Below, piece by piece: positions 12,287-24,243 of a stretch of 40,677 nucleotides of DNA (the first letter of the stretch is position 1; each line of letters starts with the position of its first letter). The stretch is from Octopus bimaculoides (lineage: Eukaryota): contig NC_068981.1 of the NCBI RefSeq assembly GCF_001194135.2, positions 183,605,909 through 183,646,585 on the forward strand, in the 5' to 3' direction. The translations under genes were made by a program, and so were the position numbers. The notes beneath the pieces are model-generated. The model searched no databases, was not told the DNA's origin, and worked only from the letters and a program-made list of their open reading frames with translations.

Positions 12287-12620
12287 NNNNNNNNNNNNNN
12301 NNNNNNNNNNNNNNNNNNNNNNNNNNNNNNNNNNNNNNNNNNNNNNNNNNNNNNNNNNNNNNNNNNNNNNNNNNNNNNNNNNNNNNNNNNNNNNNNNNNN
12401 NNNNNNNNNNNNNNNNNNNNNNNNNNNNNNNNNNNNNNNNNNNNNNNNNNNNNNNNNNNNNNNNNNNNNNNNNNNNNNNNNNNNNNNNNNNNNNNNNNNN
12501 NNNNNNNNNNNNNNNNNNNNNNNNNNNNNNNNNNNNNNNNNNNNNNNNNNNNNNNNNNNNNNNNNNNNNCATAGACAGACACAAAGACAGAGACATACAG
12601 ACATGCAGACAGGCAGGCAG

Positions 12621-12697
<77 letters not shown>

Positions 12698-12721
12698 AAA
12701 GACAGACAGTCAAACACACAC

Positions 12722-12774
<53 letters not shown>

Positions 12775-12933
12775 TAGATAGAGGGGGAGTGAGAGGGACA
12801 GGAAGAAAGGAAAAACAAGAGAGAAAGCGGGAGACAAGGAGTTGAGAGAGAGGGGAAGGCAAAGGAGAGAGAAAGAGGCCACGGGGAGAGATGAGAAAAG
12901 AGAGAGGAATAGGAGGAGAGACCGAAATGGGGA

Positions 12934-12995
<62 letters not shown>

Positions 12996-13180
12996 TAGAT
13001 ATTTTCCGTAAGATGATCGGCCGCGTAAAAACGACTACGTTTGATGCTCACAATCAAAGAATGTTTGGATCACAAGTCGAACTACAATGAGCGATTGGTT
13101 TCGCTTGACAACTGAGACCCTATCAGGAATAGTCACATGAATATAGTATTGAAATATCAATTAATATCATATGAATTTAA

Positions 13181-13785
13181 CCCTTCAACATTCAGATTAT
13201 TTTGTCAAACGTAAATGATCTTTTACTTGTTTCAGTCATTTGACTGTGGCCATGCTGGAGCACCGCCTTTAGTCGATCAAATCGACCCCAGGACTTATTC
13301 TTTGGAAGCCTAGTGCTTATTCTATCGGTCTCTTTTGCCGAACCGATAAGTTACGGGGACGTCAACACACCAGCATCGGTTGTCAAGCGATGTTTAGGGG
13401 ACAAACACAGACACACAAACATATACACACACATACATATATATACATATACATATATACGACGGGCTTCTTTCAGTTTCCGTCTACCAAATTCACTCAC
13501 AAGGCTTTGGTCGGCCCGAGGCTATAGTAGAAGACACTTGCCCAAGGTGCCACGCAGTGGGACTGAACCCGGAACCATGTGGTTCGTAAGCAAGCTACTT
13601 ACCACACAGCCACTCCTTGTTTTCAATTTATCATGCCTTATCGCGAAGCTACAAGATTTCGATGATGTGATTGTTTATTTTTAGAATGGTATTGTATGGT
13701 AGGTGTGAGAAACCAGATCTGTCCCTTTGAAAATAAAACACGTAGACTATTTGGGTCTGATGTGGCAGGTTTAAATGTTGAAGGG
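13181..13785. mobile_element. piggyBac-like MITE interrupted by a SINE
   Basis: TTAA|CCCTTCAACATT ... AATGTTGAAGGG|TTAA: perfect 12-bp TIRs and intact TTAA on both sides. Confidence 0.8.
13221..13617 (-). mobile_element. tRNA/CORE SINE, group D, full length with internal (CA/TA)n
   Basis: Minus head AGGAGTGGCTGTGTGGTAAG...GGGTTCAGTCCCA, CORE-like GGCACCTTGGGCAAGTGTCTT, internal microsatellite, then tail ending TGACTGAAACAAGT. Resembles the octopus OR-type SINEs as I recall them. Confidence 0.85.
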
Positions 13786-14094
13786 TTAAAGGATTAATAT
13801 TAAAGGGCTAAATTAATTGCATGAGTTCATTCAGTTTGCTGTGTCCAAGGACAACAAAAATATCAACTTCTCTTGAGAGTGTCATTTGCAGTAGACTAGC
13901 ATCTTATCCAGGAGATAGTGTATAATGTACCCACATAGCACAATGAATATAGAGTTCTTCATTCTGAAAAAAAAGCAGACAGCTCTGATAATTAGTACAA
14001 CATCTACGTTGAAATTGAGTTTCGGTTTTAATTAACTCATTAACTGATATTTTTTAGTGCCCCACAAAAACTACAACTCATTTTTACTAACTAA

Positions 14095-14208
14095 GAGGAC
14101 TGGAGCAACGTGAAATGAAGTGTCTTGCTCAAGGAGACCACGTACCGCCGGGAATCGAACTCATGCTCGCGAGCCGATTACCCTAACCACTAAGCCACGC
14201 GCCTTCAC
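14095..14208 (-). mobile_element. SINE group B, 5' portion
   Basis: Minus GTGAAGGCGCGTGGCTTAGTGGTTAG...GAGTTCGATTCCC...CTTGAGCAAGACACTT, homologous to 4620-4756. Confidence 0.75.
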
Positions 14209-15112
14209 CAAAACGAAATAACTACATACATCACACTCGAGCGCAGACTCTGTTTTGCCCTAAATTTTACTTCAGGGTGTACAGAGTTACTATTTGTAGG
14301 ACCGACTATCGTTAGGATAGGGGTAAGTTTGTAAGGTTTATCTTTTTCCATAATGTTAGAGAACTAAGTGAAGCGAACTTAAATTCAATTGAGAATCCAA
14401 CCCAAATAAGGGTCTCTCACTTGCCTACAGCATATTTCTTGTTCAACAGTTCCCACCATATTTGTAAGTGAAAAATTATTAAATCTTATTTCCTGTCTAA
14501 TATCTGGGAACAGATTTGAGACACGTGAAACCTTGCCGTAATTGACTCAACAGAACAGGAAATATATAAATCCTTATTTGATATTTTAGCAGTGGTTTGC
14601 AGGTTTGTTGCGTAACTTGATAAAGCACTGCAGAGCCTGAATTTATTTCAGGATGGAGGGTACTGTTAATTCAATATCAGTAGGTGGTACTTTACAGCAA
14701 GTGGTCCTTAATCATATATTACTTAATGGGGATTTGTGAAAGAATGATGTGTCTACTTAGGTCTACGTAATAGTTTTTTTTTTGGGTGGGGGGATGAGAT
14801 GGATAAATTACGCATTTGTTTCAGTCTGTAAACTATAGAATCATATAAATAGTTAAATTTGTTTTCGGTTTAATTTTTTAATGCTCCAGGGATTAAATGT
14901 ACCAATAACAATAACTGCTCGTTCTCTCTTTCTGAAGCAGTCAATCACTAAACAGTACTATTACCGTACTCCAATAAACGTACAGTCTTATACATGCCAT
15001 TCATTTATTCAGTGCTTTGGTGCAGAGAAGGATATATGTCGCTAATGAGATCGACATAAATCAGAAACATGCTAAAGTCTTCTGAAAAATAAAAATATTT
15101 GTTCTCTTTTAT

Positions 15113-15350
15113 TCTTTTACTGGTTTCAGTCACTGTATTGCGGTCATGATCGGGCACTGGCTTCAGGTACTGAGTTCGATTAAGTCGATCGCACTACTTA
15201 TTTTAAATCAAGTAATTATTCTATCTCTATTATTTGCCGAACTGCTAAGTTACTGTGATATAAACAGCATTAACCAGTTGTGAACCGGTGAGCAACGGAG
15301 ACAAACATAAACACACACGCACATATATTTGTGTATATGTATATATATAG
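15113..15350 (-). mobile_element. SINE group D, 3' half, diverged
   Basis: GTTTCAGTCA...GCGGTCATG...TTGCCGAACTGCTAAGTTAC aligns with 13225-13400 and runs into a microsatellite and a gap. Confidence 0.65.
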
Positions 15351-15389
15351 TATAAATAATATATACATATATGTGTGTGTGAGTGTGTA

Positions 15390-15448
<59 letters not shown>

Positions 15449-16303
15449 NNNNNNNNNNNNNNNNNNNNNNNNNNNNNNNNNNNNNNNNNNNNNNNNNNNN
15501 NNNNNNNNNNNNNNNNNNNNNNNNNNNNNNNNNNNNNNNNNNNNNNNNNNNNNNNNNNNNNNNNNNNNNNNNNNNNNNNNNNNNNNNNNNNNNNNNNNNN
15601 NNNNNNNNNNNNNNNNNNNNNNNNNNNNNNNNNNNNATATATGCATATATGGGTACAGAACGTCATTAACAGTGAACAACATGAAATACGAAAACAAATG
15701 AGTTAAATACGCAAATAACGAGAGAAAAAAGAAAGAATAAGTAATACAAAGAATGACCTTTCATCAGTTGTCGGCTGTCTATCTACTCCCCATTTCGAGC
15801 AGTCAACGACAATATGAGTCTTCGAAGACAGTTGCTCCCATAAATACCAAAGGGTGAAAGTTAGGAGCAAAAAACAGGACAGTGGAGACATACAGGGGAA
15901 CCGAACGAAAACAAACATGGAAGGTAATTAGACCTGAACGACGGGGTGGGGGGGAATAGTAAACGCTGAGAGAAATATTTTCTTTGAAAAGAGAAAAGAT
16001 GGAAGAGAGAGATAGGAGACCTCCATTCCTTAGAACGTCTGTGCAGGAAAGAAAGATGGTCACGTGAGGAAAAGAAAGAGGGACGATGGTCACGTGCGAG
16101 CAATGACAGAGAGAGTGAAAAAGAGAAAGAGGGGAGAGAGAGACAGGTAGAAAAAGGTGAGAGAGAGAAAAAAGGAATTAGAGTGGATAAGGGAGAAAAC
16201 AGTATTGAGTACATTCGCATCAAAAGTTTAAGATAAATTTACTTGGAAATGGATGCGTGGCGTTCAATTAAATAATAATATAAAAAATATATACATACAT
16301 ACA

Positions 16304-16335
<32 letters not shown>

Positions 16336-16789
16336 AGACATGTACAACAACTAACAGAAAGGATTAATTACAGACGTAGATAAACATCAAGCAACTTTCA
16401 TCCAAGAACCATTACGATTTCGGTAAAAAGTTGGTATCCCTCATTAGGACAGCAACAGGATTTGCACAACATATAACGAAGGCCAGTTTTGCTACTAAAG
16501 ACACATGGGAGGTTGTAAAAATCTTGCGACTGAAAAGGGGGAATTTGGAGACAAAAGAACAAACAAATTCAGAATTTAAGCAAGCAAAGGTGTCATTCGA
16601 CTAAAGACTGAGCTATGACAAATACTAGCGTAGATAGGAAACAGAAAATTGACTTTTCGTCGAATACACGAGCTGAACAAGAAAGAGAGATATTGTACGT
16701 GTGGTCAGTGTAACGCTCGAGAGAACAACAGGTTGACAAAAAGGAAGGAATGTTCGGCAAATATACATATATGCTACTGCTGATGGTAA

Positions 16790-17141
16790 TATTCCTGTAG
16801 TTGTTGTTGGGGNNNNNNNNNNNNNNNNNNNNNNNNNNNNNNNNNNNNNNNNNNNNNNNNNNNNNNNNNNNNNNNNNNNNNNNNNNNNNNNNNNNNNNNN
16901 NNNNNNNNNNNNNNNNNNNNNNNNNNNNNNNNNNNNNNNNNNNNNNNNNNNNNNNNNNNNNNNNNNNNNNNNNNNNNNNNNNNNNNNNNNNNNNNNNNNN
17001 NNNNNNNNNNNNNNNNNNNNNNNNNNNNNNNNNNNNNNNNNNNNNNNNNNTTGTCGTCATCGTCGTAATCATCAACAGGGTACAAGTGGCAGTGACAGCT
17101 GCGGTGGTGATATTGGCGATGAAAGAGTTGGTGATGACGAC

Positions 17142-17193
<52 letters not shown>

Positions 17194-17230
17194 GTATTGG
17201 CGGTGTTGATAGTCTTCGTGGTGGTGATTG
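16790..17230. repeat. Imperfect (GAT)n/(GTT)n microsatellite spanning an N gap
   Basis: Direct reading. Source of the poly-His, poly-Met and poly-Ile ORFs. Confidence 0.9.
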
Positions 17231-17816
17231 ATGGTTTCTTCTTCCCAGTCAAGTGATTTCACATGTTTGTGAATGGTGGGGGTGAGGGACAGAGAGAGAA
17301 AGGTGGAGAGAGAGAGGGGGGGGGGAGAGTAACCTTTCTTTTGTTGCTCGTGTTTTTATATCTAGCAGAAACAAGATAGCTTGCAACCTAAAACACTCTT
17401 GATACGAGTGTTCGCCATCTTTTGTTACCAACATCTATATCTAACGAAGGTTATCGTACAAATTGCCGATTAGTGAAACTTAAAGAAAGCATGACAAAAT
17501 ACACCCTGCACACACACACACACACACACACACATACAAAGAGTAGTAAATAACGAACATCGTAGATTTATTTCCTCCTTTGAAAGCGTCTTTCTCAGAT
17601 CGTCTGCTTTGTTATTTTGTCTGGGAATATATTTGTATATAAAATCTGTAACGAAGGGACCTGCTGAATCATGCTGCGTAATTTACGGTGTCCTTTGGCC
17701 TCGTGCCATTCTGAAAACTATCGAATGTCGAAGAAAGATACGATAAAAAGAAGAAAAAAAATTGATTTGGCATCAAATATACTTGTCATTGACAGCGGTC
17801 GTGGCGTATTGACACT

Positions 17817-17855
<39 letters not shown>

Positions 17856-18544
17856 AAAGCGGCGGCGGTCGTGGTGGTGGTGGTGGTGGCGGTTATTGTC
17901 TCTTCTTTCCTTGGCATTGTCGAGTGACTACCTGGATAACGATCTTAACAGGTACCAGGTAATACATATATAAATATATGTATATGTGTATGTGCATGTG
18001 TGTGTATGTATATGTATGTATATATATGTATATATATAGATATATATATANNNNNNNNNNNNNNNNNNNNNNNNNNNNNNNNNNNNNNNNNNNNNNNNNN
18101 NNNNNNNNNNNNNNNNNNNNNNNNNNNNNNNNNNNNNNNNNNNNNNNNNTGTGTATATATATATATATATATACATATATATTACATATGTAGGTGTGTA
18201 TATATATATATATATATACACAGGCATATATGCATATATAAGTGTGTGTGTAGGTATGTGAGCATATATATTTCTCTCCCTTTCTCTCTCTCTCTCTTTA
18301 TAATACATACATGCATACATTAATACATACGTACATACATGCCTACATAGACACAAATAGAGACAAACACCCGAATATAAGTGTGAATATGTATATACAC
18401 GATGACGATTGCAGATTCAAAGTTTATAAATAAATATCTGTCTCGGCATTCTTTAACAAATGCTTGTTCCGAAACTAATGGCCGCTCTAAGTGTTGTGTT
18501 TTGAAACGCAATTTTATCATAGTATTTTTATTATATTTTATGTG

Positions 18545-18680
18545 ACAAATTCCGCCGAGGTCGACTTTGCCTTTCATACTTTCGGGTTCGATAAATTAAC
18601 TACCAGTTGCGTACTTAATTCGATCTAATCGACTAGCCCCCTCCCCAAAAGTTTCGGGCCTTGTTCCTAGAGTAGAAAAG
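18545..18680 (+). mobile_element. SINE group A, 5'-truncated
   Basis: Begins CAAATTCCGCCGAGGTCGACTTTGCC and ends CCTAGAGTAGAAAAG. Confidence 0.8.
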
Positions 18681-18799
18681 AGAAAAAAAAAAGAGAGATT
18701 TTATGTGAATTTCGACATACTTAATAATTGAGGTATGCTCTTTAATAATTTTCAACTTATTTTAGACAGAAAACATTCTTGAAGCATAGGCACCCTTAA

Positions 18800-19904
18800 T
18801 TATGAACATGACAAAAATTATGAACATGACTTTTGCTTACTTTACTTGCTTGAGTTCAAGCTGGGTACAATGCCTCCCAAACTGCTGCCAATATAAACAG
18901 AGCATTGGGAGAGGGGTCCGCAAGTGATCGCATAGTACAAAGGTGGTTCCAGAAATTCCGTAGTAGTGATGAGAGCCTTGAAGATGAAGAAGGTAAGGGA
19001 CGGTCATGTAGTCTTGGCAATGAACAACTGAAAGCAATTGTTGAACAAAACTCACGTTAAAGTGTCAGAGAAATGCCTCAGACACTTGGTGTCGGCATTG
19101 CAACGGTCTCATGCAATCTGCAGAAGATTGATAAGGTGAAAAAGTTCGATAAATGAGTACCGCATGAGCTCAATAAAAATCAAAAAGTTCGGCATTTTGA
19201 AGTGTGCTCGATGCTCTTTCTGCGAAACACTAATGATCCTTTTCTTGACCGAATGGTCACTTGTGACGAAAAGTAGATCCTTTACGATAATCGTAAACGA
19301 TCAAGTCAATGGCTTGATCGTAATGAGTCTCCCAAACATTTCCCAAAGCCAAAGCTGCAACAGCAAAAGATTATGGTGACTGTCTGGTGGTCTGCAATTC
19401 GTGTTGTCCATCACAGATTTCAGAGCATTACAGCCGAGGTTTTACTGCAATCAACTCGCTGAAATGCATGCTCACTTGCTAAAAATGAGACCTGCATTGG
19501 TGAATTGGCGTGGCCCAGTTCTGCTCCACGATAATGCAAAGCCACATGAGGAAAAATGACGCTGCGGAAACTCACAGATTTGGGATACGAGACTTTACCA
19601 CAGCCTCCTTATTTATTCTCCTGATCTTTCACCCACTGACTACCATTTTTTAAGTATTTAAAACACGTTTTTAAGTGGTAAAACTTTCAGGTCCAAACCA
19701 GAGGCGGAATCAGCTTTCAAAAATTTTTTAGCATCGAGGCCAATAAGTTTTTATCAACGCGGCATAAATAATCTCGTTGATCGATGACAGAGATGCATAG
19801 ATGTTCACGGTTCATACTTTGACAAATCAAAACATTTCTATTGTTAATTTTTCCAGAATGAAATTATGTTTCTGAAATCGGCCATTATTTTGGGAACAAA
19901 CTAA
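18800..19904 (+). mobile_element. Decayed mariner transposon (DD34D transposase pseudogene), left TIR not found
   Basis: Translation shows RWFQKFRSSDESLEDEEGKGR, KFDK*VPHEL, RMVTCDEK*ILYDN, IMVTVWW, VLLHDNAKPH, YSPDLSPTDYH, RCIDVHGSYFD. Right TIR AAATCGGCCATTATTTTGGGAACAAACTAA followed by TA. Multiple stops and frameshifts. Confidence 0.92.
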
Positions 19905-20374
19905 TATATTGTATCTACTGTTTGTATGTAATGCATGTATATGTATGATTTTTCTTTGAGTTCTTTTTAAGTTCTTAAGAGAGTTCAAGCTGGTCGCTAA
20001 CAAAGCGACAAGACTTTTGAGTTAAGAGAGCTCCCGGTGTTTGTAAATATGTGGTTGAGTTTGTGTGTTGGTTGAGCCTTCGATGCATACAACCAAGTGT
20101 GTGCATCTATTCACATAAGAATCTCTCATGGAGAATTTGTATATATGTAAGTGCGTATGTATGTATGTATGTATGTATGTAAGTATGTGTATGTGTTTGT
20201 GTGTATGTATTTTTGTTGAACGTATTTATGCATATATGTGCATATGGATATATGTATGTTGTATAAATATATGTATGGTGTATGTAGTAATAGCAACAAT
20301 AGCAGTAGTAGCAGTATCATCAGCAGTAGAAGAAGTAGTAGTACTTGCAGCCGTAGTAGTAGCGGTTGCAGTAG

Positions 20375-21090
20375 TTAGAGCAGCAACGACTGAGAATATC
20401 TTTCTTCTTGGACCGATGATGGGATGGGTTTTTCGGTCGTCCTCAGGGCTGGGATTGACGATGCGATTGGCAGCGTTACTGATACTGCAGCCTTCGACAC
20501 CTGCTGCTTATTCTCGTGGTCACTGTTCTCTCTTTTTCTTGTGTCTTTCGAGCTCCTCAGAGCAGAAAACCCTAGAGTGATTTTTGCTGCCGCATGTGGA
20601 GCTGCTAAACCTTCCACCCTGAATCACGAACCTCGTAGTATTTCCTTCTCCACCATCGACAAGACAATATCCCAATGCAGTTGTGTGTCCTTCTAAGTTT
20701 ATTAGAACTCATATGTCTATTGAAATCCAACATGACTATTTGTTGCCCCTAATCCCTTAGGCTCATACCTCCTGTCCATACTGAGCAACAAATGTAATAA
20801 TGAGCCAATGGGCAAATGGTTAATGTCGTTGCCCACGCTTTTGACTGCAACCCTCGTATTTCGTTGATGTAAGTATTACGGCACCACAATAAACATTGGT
20901 GTGGGACATATCTTTTGGGTTCAGTTCTTTAGTTCTTCCTCAGTATTAAAAATTAAAGACAAGACCCTTTGGCTCTTCTCCTTACCCTATGAACAAGATA
21001 CCGTTACACCTGTCAATTAGTTATAGTGAGAGCTTGAGTAAACCTATTCCATTTTTGGAATGGGCCTTTTCATAAGTAGGTGAACTTTCA
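20375..21090 (-). mobile_element. Degenerate LINE ORF1-like (gag-like) remnant with zinc knuckle
   Basis: Minus translation ...VP*YLHQRNTRVAVKSVG...GHTTALGYCLVDGGEGNTTRFVIQGGRFSSSTCGSKNHSRVFC. (C>S)x2Cx4Hx4C knuckle followed by a low-complexity S/T/P/A tail; many stops upstream. Confidence 0.5.
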
Positions 21091-21774
21091 TTTTCTATTC
21101 TTTCTTCAATGAAAAAATATCCGATAGAGATGATCCTGTGTTTTGTTACAAAATTTTGCCAAGTAGATATCATTTCGACCAGTTTATTCATATTCAAAAT
21201 TTACCTCTTCTTTCAAGCAAATAAGAAACAAGTTTACTCGCTTTTCTATATATTTTTACTTTTTTTTTTCAATGAAAACGTTTCATGTTGTTGTTGTTGT
21301 TGTTAAGTGAAACGTCAATTCCGCAAACTTCGCTAACATTTATACTAAAAGGGCTGAAATTATCTTAATTCGTTTTTTTTTTTGTTTTTTTTTTTTTTTC
21401 ACAAATGCAAGTATTTTCTTCAATAATATTTTTGCTCTCTCTGTTTTTCTTTTCCGTCTCGTTTTTCTTATATTTTTTTGGTACAAAAGTCAGCGCCTTT
21501 AGTTATTTTAAGAGCCTATTCCTTTGACATGTTCCTGTTGAATGTCGGCTTAACACAGAAAAATGTCTGGCGGCAGAAGGATATTTTTGTTATTGCTTTT
21601 TCGCTTGATAAACAAACAAAAATGAAAAGAAATTTAGCGTTCACCTTTGAGTTAATTATAAAAGAATTAATTCATTAAATGCCATCCAAATATTGAAAGA
21701 TATTCGCATAGGGTAATCCGTAATGGAGTCAGGAGAAAAGACGCCTTGCCAAGGCCAAAAAGACCCAACAACAT

Positions 21775-22207
21775 TAATAATGGTGTCAAATTTAGGGATA
21801 AGGCCAACAATTTCAAGAGAAGGGTGCTAGTCAGTTACATCGACCAAGTATTTTGCTAGTACTTTATTTTATTGACCGCAAGACGGTGAAAAGCAAATTT
21901 AACATGGGTGGGATTTGAGCTCAGAACACGGAGAAAAGCCGTTAAGCATTTTGTCCGACGCGCTAACGATTCTACCAGCTCCCCTTCTTAACAATTCTTT
22001 CAACTATAGGTAGGTACAAGGGCTGAAATTTTGGAGTGGGTGGGAGATAATCGGTCACATCGACCCCAGTGTTCGACTGGCATTATTTTATCGATCCCGA
22101 AGGAATGAAAGGCTTCAGCGGAATTAGAACTCAGAATGTAAAGCTGGAAGGAATGCTTCTAAGCAGTTTTTTTTCCGGCGTTCTAACGATTCTGTCAGCT
22201 CACCGCT

Positions 22208-22269
<62 letters not shown>

Positions 22270-22427
22270 CTTTTCTACTATAAACACAAGGCCTAAAATT
22301 TTGAGGGAGGGGACTAGTCGATTACATCGACCCCAGTGTGTCATTAGTACTTAATTTATCGATACCGAAAGGATGAACTGCAAAGTCGACCGCGATGGAA
22401 TTTGAACTCAGAACATAATAATAATGA

Positions 22428-22482
<55 letters not shown>

Positions 22483-22630
22483 CCTTTCTATTATAGGCAC
22501 AAGTCCTGAAATTTGGGGGAGGAGACTAGTTGGTTACATCAACCCCTGTGTTTCACTGGTACTTAATTTATCGACCCCGAAAGGATAAAAGGTGAAGTCG
22601 ACCTCGGCGGAATTTGAACTCGGAACGTAA
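21775..22630 (-). mobile_element. Four head-to-tail group A SINEs separated by trinucleotide repeats
   Basis: Copies at about 21775-21984, 21990-22208, 22270-22417 and 22483-22630, with (AAT)n and (AGT)n between them. The last two are 5'-truncated. Confidence 0.85.
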
Positions 22631-22632
22631 TA

Positions 22633-22694
<62 letters not shown>

Positions 22695-22723
22695 TGATGA
22701 TGATGATGATGATGATGACGATG

Positions 22724-22755
<32 letters not shown>

Positions 22756-22771
22756 GGTGATGATGATGATG

Positions 22772-23241
22772 ATTTCTTTTATTAGCTGCAGAGGTATATA
22801 TGAGGGGACATCACAAGGACAGAAAAACAATTTGTGTGGAGATTTACTTAAAGAATAGGGAGAAATAAATAGAAAAGACAGTGAAATGCTATGAAAATAC
22901 ACAGAATATACAAAGTATGTGATAACATGAACGATGCAGTCCTCCTGATGCAGGAGTGACTCCAGTTAGAGACAATGAAGGAACCCCATAGATCCAGAAT
23001 TACCCTGACCACCAAAGGTACGAGCCCTTTCTTCTGCTTTCCAATTTCCAGGCGCATCTTTAGAGTAGGGCCATTCATTCTAACCATTTTTGCCACAGTC
23101 ATCCCTCTTTTCACAAATTCACTGAGAAGTAGCACTTCCCTCTCCAGCCTCACTTTCCCTTCCAAATGGAACTTTAAAAAAGTCGATGAGAGCTTGTCCG
23201 AGGATGAAGGCGTCTTTCTTCAATCCTTTCAGCCTCGTCGG
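22772..23241 (-). mobile_element. Tx1/L1-like LINE 3' end (ORF2 C-terminus, 3' UTR, polyA signal)
   Basis: Minus translation PTRLKGLKKDAFILGQALIDFF / KFHLEGKVRLEREVLLLSEFVKRGMTVAKMVRMNGPTLKMRL, then a T-rich UTR, AATAAA at 22783-22778, and (CAT)n(ATT)n. Clade assignment is from recalled similarity. Confidence 0.65.
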
Positions 23242-24211
23242 ATCTGGCCAGTAACATAGCTGGGAGAGAGAGGTGGCGAACGGCAGTCCGTCCCGGGGAC
23301 ACTATAATGGGGGCGATACTTCTGAGTCTGCTCTACAAGCCTGTATATGCTGTATTACTCCGTGGGCTGATGTGGGTAGTGCAAAATTAAATGCTGCCCT
23401 GAACGGTACACACTCTACATACACCACTGGATCTGGCTTCTATTTCTTGCAGGTAAAAAGACATCGTAGAAGCCCTTTCAGCGGTTGTTGGATCGGGTGT
23501 TAGGTACAATGGCGCACAAGAAATGTAAATAGCACTGAGAAACCTATGAATTTCACGGTTTTATAAACATGAAATGTAATCGACGGTCTCTCTCTGTAAT
23601 AAAGGATTTAATAAACCATATAAAGACACACATGTGAATGTGCGTGTGTTTGTGTGCATACATACATATACACATATATACACATTTATACATATATGTA
23701 TTTGTAGATACAGAATGATCTCACGTATAAATATCCACTTAAATATACATATACATTTATAAAATTTGGGTGAATCACCAACTGTTCAAACTGTATAAAC
23801 TGAGTGCATGGGTGTGTGAATGTATAAGTATATTTACTTATGCATATGATTCAGCAGAACTTTCAACTAGAACGTATGTCTCATTTACAATAAAACTTCT
23901 ACGTACATACATTTGAATACTGGAACGTACAGATGTGCTTCACAAGGATACGGCTCGAATTTTAACCCCCTTCCTTACACTATGTACAGCTACTCACATG
24001 TTTTTCTCCTCACTGTCCGTTTCTTCCTTCTTTTCCTCTGCTCTGGGCTTTCTTCTACAATCCAACGAAGAGCCATGCTCGAAACCTCATGATTTTTACT
24101 TTAATTTTCACCTTGCATCACTCTAATATATTCACTGTTACATCTATATCAATTTAGTTGATTTTGTGTTTGCTGCTGAAATGCCGTTCGTCACGGATTT
24201 GCCCCCCCCCC

Positions 24212-24243
<32 letters not shown>

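Noticed and set aside
16774-17262. Poly-His ORF
   Set aside because: (CAT)n microsatellite spanning an N gap.
18800-19904. Domesticated SETMAR-like transposase gene
   Set aside because: Multiple stops and frameshifts, including in the WVPHEL and DEKW motifs, and no splice context.
20505-20525. Selenocysteine read-through at the TGA after KKKREQ
   Set aside because: No SECIS-like structure seen, and a frameshift in a decayed element explains the continuation in another frame.
21775-22770. CRISPR-like repeat-spacer array
   Set aside because: Units are 150-220 bp SINEs separated by microsatellites in a eukaryotic context, with no cas genes.
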